From positions 11,883 to 75,882 of the IMG/VR virus record IMGVR_UViG_3300035670_000141: a stretch of 64,000 nt of DNA. One strand, written 5' to 3'. The stretch comes from a virus. Every line of letters begins with the position of its first letter. Within the stretch, counting starts at the first letter, position 1. Shown here piece after piece: positions 18,793-29,195 of this stretch. Both the position numbers and the translations under genes were made by a program. Below the pieces are notes generated by a model, which did no database searches, was not told the origin of the DNA, and saw only the letters and a program-made list of their open reading frames with translations.

Positions 18793-19830
18793 TTATGACC
18801 TTGCAGGAGGTAACATCAAAGGACCTGATCTAGTTGATTGTGATTTTTTTGTAGTTTTGGTTTTGGTTTTAGCCTTGGTTTTAGGCTTGCCTTTTTTACT
18901 GATGCCTTTCATTGTTGGTTCTGCATTCATCAATGCAATAACTGAATCACGCATTTTTTTAACACGATCAAAATCTTTAGGGCGGCCACCAACATCAGGA
19001 TGCACCTTTTTGGCAATTCTTCTATAGGCTTGCTCAACATCTGCTTTACTTGCTTTTTTAGGATCCAATCCAAATACAGCCCATGGCCTAAAGTTTTTAT
19101 GAATATCAATACCATTGATCACGCCAGGCCTTTCTTTCCTATTGCGATCACTCATTGGTGTTTTAATTCTTGCTCTATATGCGCGTTCCCATTCTGACCT
19201 TGTTTTAGGCATCCTACCTTTTTTGATTTCAGATAAACCTTCTCCAGTACCAGCAGCTCTAGCGATTGTTGCCATTCCAACCTTCCCGCTACCTTTCACT
19301 GATTTCATTACAGCACTTCTCATCTCTTTAAGGCTCATTGTTTTAACTGACTTGCCAGTTTCAAACTTGCTACCGGGAACAACGCCGGTTCTTGTTGCCA
19401 TACGCTTTGCGCGTTGCGCGGCAACATTTACTTTTTTGGTCGGTGGATTAACTTCCGCTTTTTTTGCGGGCTTCTTTTTGCTTTTAGCTAAAGACATCAA
19501 GCCAGATGATACCTTTTTTCTTAGCTTAGATTGCTCGCTGGATTGTATTTTTGTCCTGCTTGCTTTTGACACCTCGTTTAATTTTTTCTTACCACGTGTT
19601 ACAGCACCCTTTTGTTGTGCGCTAGGAGATGCCGCTAGCTTGGCTTTAGAACTTTTCAGGCTTGTTCTGGCGGCCAGGGATCCTTTGCCCTTAATCGCGG
19701 CTGACTTGGCCGCCTTCCTTACTGATGATGGCGTCGCCTTTTTACCGCCGCCAGGGGTTGACGAGAACTGCCCCTGCGCATCACGTACGTATTGGGTCCG
19801 TTTTTTACCTGACCTGCCGCCACGTGCCAT
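18793..19830 (-). CDS. Highly basic protein with shared YVRDAQGQF leader and C-terminal J-domain
   Basis: PWAVFGL...VEQAYRRIAKKVHPDVGG (HPD motif); start reassigned to MARGGRSG. Confidence 0.75.
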   Translation of the reverse strand: MARGGRSGKKRTQYVRDAQGQFSSTPGGGKKATPSSVRKAAKSAAIKGKGSLAARTSLKSSKAKLAASPSAQQKGAVTRGKKKLNEVSKASRTKIQSSEQSKLRKKVSSGLMSLAKSKKKPAKKAEVNPPTKKVNVAAQRAKRMATRTGVVPGSKFETGKSVKTMSLKEMRSAVMKSVKGSGKVGMATIARAAGTGEGLSEIKKGRMPKTRSEWERAYRARIKTPMSDRNRKERPGVINGIDIHKNFRPWAVFGLDPKKASKADVEQAYRRIAKKVHPDVGGRPKDFDRVKKMRDSVIALMNAEPTMKGISKKGKPKTKAKTKTKTTKKSQSTRSGPLMLPPARS

Positions 19831-19837
19831 GGGTTGC

Positions 19838-20893
19838 CTATGCTTTTGATTTAGTTTTCCCTTTCTTTTTAAGCCTGCGGACAATAGGATTTGGATTAAG
19901 ACCTTTAGCTTCTCGATAGGCAGACATCACCTGATAATCGTATTTTCTACCTGTGCGGCGACCGGCGTAAGTTTCGGCCACGAACTCAGATGTACTCGTG
20001 GTAGCGTACTTGCTAACACGCCTGCTAAGTGATAATGGTATTCCAAGTACCTCGCTTGCGAAAGATGAACGATTAGACAAGTTTTTATCCTTTGCGTGAC
20101 CCATCTCATGATGAAAAGTGTGCATCGGAGATGAACTTGAAAAAAGGCCTTGCTTTCGGCTTTTTATTCCAGCTTTGGCCGGATCAATATAATTAGAATG
20201 AGATCTATTGATTGACATTGTACGTGTTTTAGAATTAAAGTTAGCAACGCTGCTACTAGCTCGACTACTGTCGTATTTAACAGGAAAGCCTTGTGATTCA
20301 AACATTGATTTTAATATATTAGCATTTGCTAATCGAACTGTTTTGTCATCATTCTTTGGTGATATTCTGTAATCTACATCTGCCTTGCCAGCTTGAAATG
20401 GATTTTCCCCCTTCACCGGCTTGGCCGTCACATTCCTTGGTCTAAGGTTTGCCCTAACAAATTCACCAGGCCTTATTTTTTGCTTAACAGCCTTAGTTGT
20501 TTCATTTTTTGCGGATTGTACTGCGGGTTGTGATACTTTTCGCTTTTTCTTTATGGTGCCCGATTTTGGCGCAACATTGAGCTTAGCTTGGCTAGACTTA
20601 ACCGCAACACGCGCAGCCTTCTCCCCACGAGTTACCGCACCCTTCTGAGCCCTTTTGCTAAGCGCTGTCTTTAATGTTTCATCTGATTTATCTATGGCTG
20701 CCAGCTTGGCCTTTGATCGCTTTAGGCTTGTCCTAGCGGCGAGCGAACCCTTCCCTTTAACCGCAGCAGCCTTGGCGGCCTTCCTGACGGCGCTAGGCGT
20801 GGCTTTTTTGCCTCCAGGCGTCGAGGCAAACTGCCCTTGTGCATCGCGAACGTACTGAGTGCGACGCCTGCCACCCCTGCCGCCACGTGCCAT
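19838..20893 (-). CDS. Highly basic protein with shared YVRDAQGQF leader and C-terminal zincin-like metallopeptidase
   Basis: HHEMGH (HExxH)...SKYATTSTSEFVAETYA. Confidence 0.7.
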   Translation of the reverse strand: MARGGRGGRRRTQYVRDAQGQFASTPGGKKATPSAVRKAAKAAAVKGKGSLAARTSLKRSKAKLAAIDKSDETLKTALSKRAQKGAVTRGEKAARVAVKSSQAKLNVAPKSGTIKKKRKVSQPAVQSAKNETTKAVKQKIRPGEFVRANLRPRNVTAKPVKGENPFQAGKADVDYRISPKNDDKTVRLANANILKSMFESQGFPVKYDSSRASSSVANFNSKTRTMSINRSHSNYIDPAKAGIKSRKQGLFSSSSPMHTFHHEMGHAKDKNLSNRSSFASEVLGIPLSLSRRVSKYATTSTSEFVAETYAGRRTGRKYDYQVMSAYREAKGLNPNPIVRRLKKKGKTKSKA

Positions 20894-20934
20894 CACAAAG
20901 CTCTATTATGATCACACTATTTTTCCCGTTTTAT

Positions 20935-22497
20935 CTATTCAATAGGTAATCCTTGCGCATCAACATTGTCCTCCGCCAAATCATTAGGTGATGGCGCTGG
21001 AGGATTCAATAATGCGTTATTTTTTTCGTCTTCAATTAGCAATTGCGCTGCTTCTTTCTTTGCATCAACCTTAGGTCTTAACAACCCGCGTCTCTGCGCT
21101 AATGCAAGGAATGTTTCACGCATCATCAACCCTTTATCATAAAGCGCGCTGCACAATTGTAATGTTTCATTGTCAACTTCCTTCTCTGTGATGGATGCCT
21201 TCATGTCAATTCCGGCATCATTACTTACGGTCTCTCCTGTAAATATCGTCCACAACCTATACAATGATTGCATTGTAGATTCTTTTGATTCTGCTAAGCT
21301 TGTCATGTTTGCTTGAGTGCTAGCGCTTTGTAATTCAACTTCCGTTGCAGTACGATTACCGCTACCATTGAATATAAAATTCATCAAGCTACGATCTATA
21401 TTGCTTTCAATTTCTTTTAATACTTGCAAGTGTATACCTAGGCTACTGCCGCTTGGTTCCGCAAAGGAAAAGCTACCATTTTCATCAAAAATTTGCATGA
21501 TATGATTAGGGCCTAATGCAATAGGGACAGGGATAGGTTGTCCATCTGGCCCCATCGTTGTTGGCCTATTGCGATCTCTTAATACAGGAATAGGCATCGC
21601 GCATTTATGCAATAATTCTTTCATATCGCTGTAACTCCTATACCAATCTAATGTTAACTTAGCAACAGATAACATCATCGGTGCGCCTTCTCCAATACCA
21701 TCCCTGGTGTGCCCATACCAAACCACAGGCGGATATTGCAATTTTGCTTTATTTGATCCATAGCCATAAAATGATCCTTCATCAACAACTTCTAACTGAG
21801 CCGATGATGCTGTAGCCAACCCCTTACCATTAGAATTATTAGATTCTTCTTTGATCTTGATCAACTGCCAATCCCCACCTCTCATTACTCGATAGAGTGG
21901 CGATAACTTAATGCCATAATCATCATCTTCCTCCTCGTGCCATTCAAGAATTGTTACAGCAGAAATTACCTCCCTACCGTTCACTTTAGTCTTGCGCCAA
22001 TTTAATACATTACGCCTCTCAGTATAAGAAAAAAATGGTCTATTTCTATTTCTAATATCATCATTCCTAGTTTTGTTTTCACTTCTATGTGTATCTACCA
22101 TGATTAAACATCCATTATCGCGCATCACTAAAGCATCGGCAGCCATGAACCATGCCTTTAGACTTGCGCCTTTACCATCAATATCATTTTGCGCGTCAAT
22201 TAAACTTTTTGGTGCATTACGTAATTCAAACCTACTTAATGCCCCGGCAAATGCATCAATACCATCCCTAAAATATGATGGATAGGATGATCTCTTTAAT
22301 CTACCTTCATACGCCACAGATGGTTCAGCTAATTCTTGCGGAAGGTGTTTGCGTTGTTGATTTACAGTTCTAAGTTGTTCCCAACAATCTAAAACTAAAT
22401 CTAAATCATCAATAACTTCCACCAATCTAGGATGGCGGAACGATGGCAAATTGCCTTTATCTGTTTGGTGGGCAATCTCCTTTTGCACTGTTATCAA
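20935..22497 (-). CDS. Portal protein (DUF4055-type)
   Basis: 520 aa; YEGRLKRS, DIDGKGASL, FSFAEPSGSS, RTATEV; follows TerL. Confidence 0.85.
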   Translation of the reverse strand: MITVQKEIAHQTDKGNLPSFRHPRLVEVIDDLDLVLDCWEQLRTVNQQRKHLPQELAEPSVAYEGRLKRSSYPSYFRDGIDAFAGALSRFELRNAPKSLIDAQNDIDGKGASLKAWFMAADALVMRDNGCLIMVDTHRSENKTRNDDIRNRNRPFFSYTERRNVLNWRKTKVNGREVISAVTILEWHEEEDDDYGIKLSPLYRVMRGGDWQLIKIKEESNNSNGKGLATASSAQLEVVDEGSFYGYGSNKAKLQYPPVVWYGHTRDGIGEGAPMMLSVAKLTLDWYRSYSDMKELLHKCAMPIPVLRDRNRPTTMGPDGQPIPVPIALGPNHIMQIFDENGSFSFAEPSGSSLGIHLQVLKEIESNIDRSLMNFIFNGSGNRTATEVELQSASTQANMTSLAESKESTMQSLYRLWTIFTGETVSNDAGIDMKASITEKEVDNETLQLCSALYDKGLMMRETFLALAQRRGLLRPKVDAKKEAAQLLIEDEKNNALLNPPAPSPNDLAEDNVDAQGLPIE

Positions 22498-22512
22498 CCA
22501 TATAAGCTAGCT

Positions 22513-22524
22513 CTAGTTTTCCCG
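22513..22524 (-). promoter_or_regulatory. Late-promoter motif CGGGAAAA(C/T/A)TA (representative copy)
   Basis: Also at 733, 2605, 11658, 16576, 20917 (minus) and 63749, 63535 (plus), always just upstream of a gene start. Confidence 0.75.
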
Positions 22525-22531
22525 TAATCAC

Positions 22532-23425
22532 TTAAAATAAGTCTAGTTGATGCAATGCTAATTCTATAAGTTGTTTAGGTTCTGAAATGCGCTTTTTGGC
22601 TCCTTTATTTTGAATACCAACTTCTGTTGGTACCTCTTCAAGTTCTATTGATAAATCAATTTGTTTTTCTGTAGCTATTGAAATACCACTGCTGATTTTT
22701 CTTGCTTTTTGCATAAATTGATAAAATGGTCCAATCGCAATTTGTCTTCTCCTTGGATGATTCCAGGCTGCTTCTAGTAAATTTTGATCCGCTTCTGATA
22801 TGCTTTCATGAGCAGAATCAGCTATCATCAATGCTTGATCTAACTCATAAAATTCTTCCATTTCTTCATCTTTATCTACAGCATAAAGCTTAATGTCAGG
22901 ATCTAACATAACTGATGTACTTTGCGCTTCTAAAATTTCGCTAATTTCATCAACACGCAAATCTGTATCACATGCAATATCTTCTATTCTTGTTCCTTCA
23001 CTATGCAACTTGCGTACCTTGCTGGCCTTATCGCGCCAACGATCAGGAAACTTAACACCACTAGAATGGCCTCGGTCACGTAAGTATTGACGCATGGCAC
23101 CATCAATAAATGGTACGGCAATTGTGCTTAATTTATATGGTTCACCATTTTTAGGGTTGATTTTTGTTGGATCATATTTCCTGCACCCTTTAATCAATCC
23201 AATCAATGCAACTTGATATAAATCTTCAAATGGCATCTTTGTACGCATTGACATCAAATGCGCATGTTTTTGCGCTAATTTTATATTATCTAATATAAGT
23301 TTTTCGCTGTATTCCGTAGGCTCAGTAAACACAGGCTTCTTATTGGTTGTGCCTAAGCTGGGCTTTTCGATGCTGGTAGCCCTAGGTGTTGATACCCTTT
23401 TTGCTCGTGATGACTGGCGATTCAT
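22532..23425 (-). CDS. Phage-encoded sigma-70 family factor (SigF/SigB-like)
   Basis: EDLYQVALIGLIKGCRKYDP...LSTIAVPFIDGAMRQYLRD (regions 2.2-2.4). Confidence 0.85.
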   Translation of the reverse strand: MNRQSSRAKRVSTPRATSIEKPSLGTTNKKPVFTEPTEYSEKLILDNIKLAQKHAHLMSMRTKMPFEDLYQVALIGLIKGCRKYDPTKINPKNGEPYKLSTIAVPFIDGAMRQYLRDRGHSSGVKFPDRWRDKASKVRKLHSEGTRIEDIACDTDLRVDEISEILEAQSTSVMLDPDIKLYAVDKDEEMEEFYELDQALMIADSAHESISEADQNLLEAAWNHPRRRQIAIGPFYQFMQKARKISSGISIATEKQIDLSIELEEVPTEVGIQNKGAKKRISEPKQLIELALHQLDLF

Positions 23426-25071
23426 CTGGTGAATACTCCATTTTGATTGCCAATCATGGCATTTTGATTATACATCATTTGACCACCTAAACTTGGATTG
23501 GTGGATAATGGCGCACCATAACCCCAGCTAACAGTCTCAAATTTCAATGGACCATTGCCTGTTATGTAAATTACAACTTGACTTACTTCATCTACAATAT
23601 CATCATGCACACCAGATGGAAACTTGGTTAGTTGATCTATGCATTCATTTGCCCAAGGTGCAGATCTTGGAAAAAATACCCTGCCTGCATTGACTTCAAC
23701 ACTAGCAGCATTAGCACGACCCTCCTTGCTGCCCATCTCACCAATACCAGCCGCAACAACTCTAAATCCATGCGCCTGCTCTGATTCCAGCATCTTAATG
23801 ATACCAGCGCCATTGGCTTTCTTTTCAATCAATAACTCATTAAAGCAATGCTTTTTGTGAAGTGTTTTAATCATCGTTAATGTTTTTGGAAAATCTAATC
23901 TTTCATTCACAAGGTCTATTTTCCATAGGCCATGTTCAGTCTGCCCATATAATCCCATCGCAACCATATCACTACCAGCGGTATCATCAAATGTGCAGTC
24001 AACCGATAAAATTTTGCGAATAAAGTGCTTTGGTATTATAGGATCACCTTCTAATCCTTTCCATTGATCACAACTATAAAAAGCAAGGCGATCTTTGAAA
24101 AATACAGTGCCTCCTCCAGCGCTTGGCCTTTGTTGATATACAGCTTCCCATTCCCTTGGTGGTGTATTTGCCTTTTTTCTTCTAATAAACCTAGTATTAT
24201 ATCTATCAGGATCTAACGCTTCACCAGGTTTTCTATTGTCGTTTTCTCTTGTTACTGTTGCTGGTAATGGCTTAATATCATTAGCGGGTAGCGCTTCAAT
24301 CGGTAAAGATATAACGTGCCATCGCTCGCATTCACTTTCAAGACCTTCCTTCTCTAGTTCTAAATTTTTATTAAGTAGATAACCAATTAAATCATATTCA
24401 TGCCATCTTGTGTGTACAATTACAGTAGAACTTCCGGGTTCTTCCCTTGTGCTAAGAACCGAGTCCCACCATGAATGTACTTGACGTCTAAATGCTGGTG
24501 ATTCCGCGTCAACCATTGATCTGATTGGATCATCAACGAACAAGAAATGGCCCGGCTTACCTGTACCCTTGCCGACACCAGCAGTCCAACAGCTCCCGAT
24601 CCCATCATCAGGCCCCCATTCTTCTTTTCCTCTCAAGGAAGGCCTTAGGATACCTCCAGATGCTACAAAATAATCTCTTGCATTTTCACTAAAACCTGTT
24701 GCAAGATCTTGTGTATGACAACATATTCCAGCGCTACGATCAGGGAATCGCCTAATGCAATATCCCGGCAAAAACCTAGAAAATATCGTAGATTTCCAAT
24801 GTCTTGGCGGAAGTTCCACCATAACTCTAGGCAGGTCACCATCAGCAACACGTTGCGCAATAGCAATTAGCCTTTCAGTATGTTTTGTAAATGGAAACCT
24901 TGGATAAGCTGTTTTGATATATGTTTTGAATGATTCTTGATAGGGTTCAATTTCTGCTGATCTTGCTAATTCAATGCGATTTTGTGTTTCAATTGCACCA
25001 ATCAAAGGGAAGCCATCATAAGCATCCCTCGCGGCAACTGATAGCATGTCCATTCGAGAGAATGAACGCAT
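23422..25071 (-). CDS. terL: Terminase large subunit
   Basis: ELPPRHWKS (Walker A variant), FVDDP (Walker B), TRWHEYDL, IEKKANG, HDDIVD. Confidence 0.95.
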   Translation of the reverse strand: MRSFSRMDMLSVAARDAYDGFPLIGAIETQNRIELARSAEIEPYQESFKTYIKTAYPRFPFTKHTERLIAIAQRVADGDLPRVMVELPPRHWKSTIFSRFLPGYCIRRFPDRSAGICCHTQDLATGFSENARDYFVASGGILRPSLRGKEEWGPDDGIGSCWTAGVGKGTGKPGHFLFVDDPIRSMVDAESPAFRRQVHSWWDSVLSTREEPGSSTVIVHTRWHEYDLIGYLLNKNLELEKEGLESECERWHVISLPIEALPANDIKPLPATVTRENDNRKPGEALDPDRYNTRFIRRKKANTPPREWEAVYQQRPSAGGGTVFFKDRLAFYSCDQWKGLEGDPIIPKHFIRKILSVDCTFDDTAGSDMVAMGLYGQTEHGLWKIDLVNERLDFPKTLTMIKTLHKKHCFNELLIEKKANGAGIIKMLESEQAHGFRVVAAGIGEMGSKEGRANAASVEVNAGRVFFPRSAPWANECIDQLTKFPSGVHDDIVDEVSQVVIYITGNGPLKFETVSWGYGAPLSTNPSLGGQMMYNQNAMIGNQNGVFTR

Positions 25072-25186
25072 GGGAATTTAACATGTGCTTTAATTATACA
25101 CTACTCAATCAAAAAGATGGATTAAGCGTAATGTGCAATGCACGTCATCGGCTAAAGTCTGCCGATGGTAAGTTGTTGTTCATTGA

Positions 25187-25474
25187 TCACCAATCTGGAA
25201 CCAATCCGTAGTTTTCCTCAATGTCTTCGGTGGAAAGTATTTTAACACTTCCGGCTAAAGCATAGATATAATTACCTTTGTTAACTTCACGTATCTTTTC
25301 CCAATTAGTAGATCCAGGATAGTAAATCACAAGAAGCTGACTATCGGCAAATTTAACTTGATCGGATGTAGTAATCCGTGGTTCTATCCATTTAATGATT
25401 TCCTTCGCACATTGCGGTGTGCCATCATATTCGATGGCACAAAAAATAGCATGGTTTGGTGCAAAGAATGGCAT
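25187..25474 (-). CDS. Hypothetical phage protein
   Basis: 95-aa ORF in the minus-strand operon. Confidence 0.55.
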   Translation of the reverse strand: MPFFAPNHAIFCAIEYDGTPQCAKEIIKWIEPRITTSDQVKFADSQLLVIYYPGSTNWEKIREVNKGNYIYALAGSVKILSTEDIEENYGLVPDW

Positions 25475-25479
25475 GGTGA

Positions 25480-25752
25480 TTAAGTGTTGGTTGTAAGTGG
25501 CGATCGTGGATGGTATTTGCGATAAAGGCCCCTAGCGGCTTGAATTGACTTTTGCCTCCAACCTCGCTCAAATGGTCTTTCAGCCCTTACACCATCTTGC
25601 CAGCGATCACCACATCTAAGGCATATCAAATCCGTGCCATACCACGGCGCATGTGTGACAAGCGTGAAGCACATGCGTTTACAAGTAGAGCATGTCAGAA
25701 TGTTTATACTGCATTTATCGTAGTGACGACAGGAGACATGAAGAATGCTCAT
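25480..25752 (-). CDS. Zn-ribbon hypothetical protein
   Basis: CSTC...CLRCG. Confidence 0.55.
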   Translation of the reverse strand: MSILHVSCRHYDKCSINILTCSTCKRMCFTLVTHAPWYGTDLICLRCGDRWQDGVRAERPFERGWRQKSIQAARGLYRKYHPRSPLTTNT

Positions 25753-26708
25753 GATCTTTCTTGACCTATGATTTGCTTCCATCGTGCAATTACACATCTT
25801 GCATATTGAAGACTTGATATTGACCTTGATTCTTTATTCTTAAAAGTGTACCAACCTAAAGACCAAAAATCATTCATTTCAACCAATGAATAACCGCCAA
25901 GGTCTTCTCTATATCCAATATCAATAGCATAAGCAATTGGCACGTCAATACCTTGCTGAATCTTTTTGATAATCGCCTTGACTAATCTTTGATCTGGTGA
26001 AGGATATTCTTCATCATGTGCATCATATCGGCACCATCCGATGATTTCACTTGCGTAGATATAAAATCTATACTCCGCGGTAAATTTAACTGGATTTGAG
26101 ATCCAAACTTGCATGTCTTGCCTGGTTATATCTTCTTTTTTTAAGTTAACTTTTATATCACCTGTGAACAACTTAAGCTTAACAGGTTTGGTAAATTCAT
26201 GATCCATCGCGGTATAAATATAACCTCTTCTAATACTGCGCCTTAAAAAACTATCTAACTGTCCAGGATATGTGCCATAAGAATAATTAGGTGGTAATCT
26301 TATTTCAGCTAGTTCGCAGTATTTTTCGACAAATTCAACAGATCCAATTGGTATAACTGCTTTGCTAAGCGGTTTTAAGTATTGGCACAGCTCTGCAAAA
26401 TCAACACTGGTGTAAAACGCATAGTTTTTTAATTCGTCCCATTCTTTCGCCAAAGGCCCACCTTTTTGGCGGAGAAAACTTATGTTGTAGTTTAAGCAGT
26501 GACTTATCAATTCGTCTTCATTATCTGCGCCATCACCACTATCATTCCATTCAATTGCTTTTAGCGCATCAGCAACGTCTAACATGTGAAGCGCAAATTG
26601 CCTTCTTAGTCCTGTATTTTTGTTGAAGCCTTCAACAAAATCGCCGCCATCATTCTCTGCAGCATCTATTAGTCTTCGATACAAATAATTCATTGATCCC
26701 CCAGACAT
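25749..26708 (-). CDS. ATP-grasp (DUF4343/R2K-like) protein fused to an MSGGSMNY-type phage domain
   Basis: PIGSVEF, FTKP..LKLFTG, AEYRFYI, AYAIDIG, LVEMNDFWSLGWY. Confidence 0.7.
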   Translation of the reverse strand: MSGGSMNYLYRRLIDAAENDGGDFVEGFNKNTGLRRQFALHMLDVADALKAIEWNDSGDGADNEDELISHCLNYNISFLRQKGGPLAKEWDELKNYAFYTSVDFAELCQYLKPLSKAVIPIGSVEFVEKYCELAEIRLPPNYSYGTYPGQLDSFLRRSIRRGYIYTAMDHEFTKPVKLKLFTGDIKVNLKKEDITRQDMQVWISNPVKFTAEYRFYIYASEIIGWCRYDAHDEEYPSPDQRLVKAIIKKIQQGIDVPIAYAIDIGYREDLGGYSLVEMNDFWSLGWYTFKNKESRSISSLQYARCVIARWKQIIGQERS

Positions 26709-27047
26709 TAGCTTTCCTCCGTTTTCATTTTGATGCACTGATTACCCCATCTTGCTAAAGCAATTTGACAGCGAAATATATCTAATTCATTTCGTATTTG
26801 ACACTCGCTTTCAAGATTTTGATTAAAATCGTATAATTTACATTCGCCGTAGCCGCCAAAATCAAAATGAATGCGGAAATAAAACGTATTGCAGCCAATA
26901 GCTTTATCGTATTCTTCTATTGTTTCACTAAGCATGATAACATTTGCAATCGCAAACGATTGCCCGTCGGGTAATTTAATCCATCCTTGCGGAGGTAAGA
27001 GGCTTGATGTTTCAAATGATTTTTGCTTTGTGTTCATTGTCGTAGCT

Positions 27048-27458
27048 TCATTGTTCATTGTTTGCAATCAACTGTTGTTGACAAATAATGTCTTCAGGCT
27101 TTTTTATCATAGCTCTTCTCCCCCACACAATCTCTATTGTTGCAATTCGTAATGATTCTACGTATTCTGGAGATTGTTGATGAAGCATCATTGTAGCTTC
27201 TGCATTTTCGTAGTCTTTTTTTACTGGTTCCCATAATAATATGTCACCATTTTTTAAGGCAATAGCAAATGTCCATCCTATTTCTTTACTTGCTTGATCA
27301 TCATACAATGGCTTAATGTGATCTTCAATTCTTTCTATCGCGCTAATAGGAAAAATATATCCGCCAAATTGAATCAGCTTTAGACTTGGTTGTTGCCCAG
27401 ATAGTATTTTTATCTTATGATTTTTGATTGATCGCTTCACGCTAGTTTGATTATTCAT
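27048..27458 (-). CDS. Hypothetical protein
   Basis: 136-aa ORF coupled to dcd. Confidence 0.5.
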   Translation of the reverse strand: MNNQTSVKRSIKNHKIKILSGQQPSLKLIQFGGYIFPISAIERIEDHIKPLYDDQASKEIGWTFAIALKNGDILLWEPVKKDYENAEATMMLHQQSPEYVESLRIATIEIVWGRRAMIKKPEDIICQQQLIANNEQ

Positions 27459-28066
27459 TATACAATAGCAGTGACAACACGTTCTAGTTGGCCTTGATAT
27501 TTTCCTTTTCTATCCCGGTATGTAACCTCACAAGGTTCACCTTCAAAAAATAATAATTGGCAAACACCTTCCTCTGCATAAACTCGACAATCAGCCCCGG
27601 AAGAATTGCTAAATTCTAAAGTGAGATGGCCTTCCCAGCCAGCTTCAGCCGGGGTTGTATTCACGATGATACCTAATCGAGCATAGGTGCTCTTGCCAAG
27701 GCATATCACGGTAATGTTGGATGGCACCCGCAACTTTTCCAGTGCTACACCTAGCCCATAAGAATGAGCGGGTAGGATGAAGTAAGCGCCATCTTTATCA
27801 TGTTCTAGGGCGACAGGTTCCAAATTTGCTGGATTAAAGCGCTTTGGATTCATCACAGTGCCTGGCACATGACGAAAGATCAGAAATTCTTTCGCAGACA
27901 GGCGAAGATCATAGCCATAGCTGGAGCAGCCGTAGGACAGGACTGACCGTGGCATAGCCATTAGGCCAGCAGGATCCCCGTGTATTTCTCTCACAAGCCC
28001 CAGCTCAAAGGGCTCGATCATGCCAGCGGCGGCCTTTTCCCTGATCCAGCGATCGTTTTTAATCAT
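27458..28066 (-). CDS. dcd: dCTP deaminase
   Basis: LSYGCSSYGYDLRL, GKSTYARLG, NTTPAEAGWEG, YRDRKGKYQGQ. Confidence 0.97.
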   Translation of the reverse strand: MIKNDRWIREKAAAGMIEPFELGLVREIHGDPAGLMAMPRSVLSYGCSSYGYDLRLSAKEFLIFRHVPGTVMNPKRFNPANLEPVALEHDKDGAYFILPAHSYGLGVALEKLRVPSNITVICLGKSTYARLGIIVNTTPAEAGWEGHLTLEFSNSSGADCRVYAEEGVCQLLFFEGEPCEVTYRDRKGKYQGQLERVVTAIV

Positions 28067-28940
28067 TAAGCGAATGCAGCGTTATCATCTTACATCAAGA
28101 AGGTTGTAAATGCGATTTGCAGCAAAACCTTAAGTTTGCAATAACGAAACTTGTCATAACCAACGAAGAAGAAAATAAAAAGGAGATTTTCGTCGATTGA
28201 TTATTTTTTGGCGCTCAATATCAGCATTAGTAAGTGAACTGTAAAGATTTGGCTTTTTCCAATCAGCAGCAAAATAACAGCAATCATAGCAAAACTCAGC
28301 ACCATGTCTGCTTTGCTGCGTACAGCCAATACATCCACCGTGAAAATGAATCATAGGTGATATGTGAGTGAACGATTGCCAGATGGGCTCTGGCGGGCCG
28401 GGGGGTCAATTAGGCCACGCTGCGCTGATTTGCGTTGCCTCATGTGCTAGTTGATTTAAGCAGTCAGCAAACCCGGCCTGCCACCGGGTCTCGGCCTTGG
28501 ACACTGGGCAAGCGGTGTGATGGTCGTAGATCAGCACTTTAGCGACTGATTCAAAGGTGTCAAGAGTCAACCCGCATGAGGCGAGCATGGCAGCGGTCTC
28601 TTTGTAGTTCATGGATTCACAGCAAATGAGTTTGTGGATCACCATCCGCAGTCGATGATCCGCGAAAGGTGGATCAGACGTGGTTGCTGATAAAGATAAA
28701 AACTTCGTTCAGGGCCCAGAGGTTGACCTGAGTGGCAGTAGCGCCTAATTTAATGGCCTTAAATCGGATCGCCATTTCGGCTTTAAGGTGTTGATCGGTG
28801 GTCATGGCTGAAGCTGGGCTGCGGAACCTCTCGGCTCCTGTCCCCATATCATAGACCTGGTAAGCCGCGCATCGAGGAAATTGATCAAGTCAGTCATCAA
28901 AAAACCCCGGATTAACCGGGGTGGTGATCTTAGATTGATC

Positions 28941-29195
28941 TCAGTAGTTCAAATCAGGAACTTGATCAACAACTTTATATCCTTCATTTAAGCATTTTTT
29001 ATACAAACCGCGAGCTTGCTGGCGCGAAAGCATTTTTTCAGTGCAATTACGCATGCCACCAGAAATAATCTTGCCGCTATCGCTAGCGCTAACGCTAATT
29101 ATTGCGACTCCTGATTCTCTAACACAAAAGCTAATCATATCAATATATGATTTTCCGGAATTTCCGGTCCAATCAAGGCGAAGCGTGTGTGTCAT
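28941..29195 (-). CDS. Small early hypothetical protein
   Basis: Start MTHTLRLD, behind a repeated promoter and 5' hairpin. Confidence 0.55.
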   Translation of the reverse strand: MTHTLRLDWTGNSGKSYIDMISFCVRESGVAIISVSASDSGKIISGGMRNCTEKMLSRQQARGLYKKCLNEGYKVVDQVPDLNY

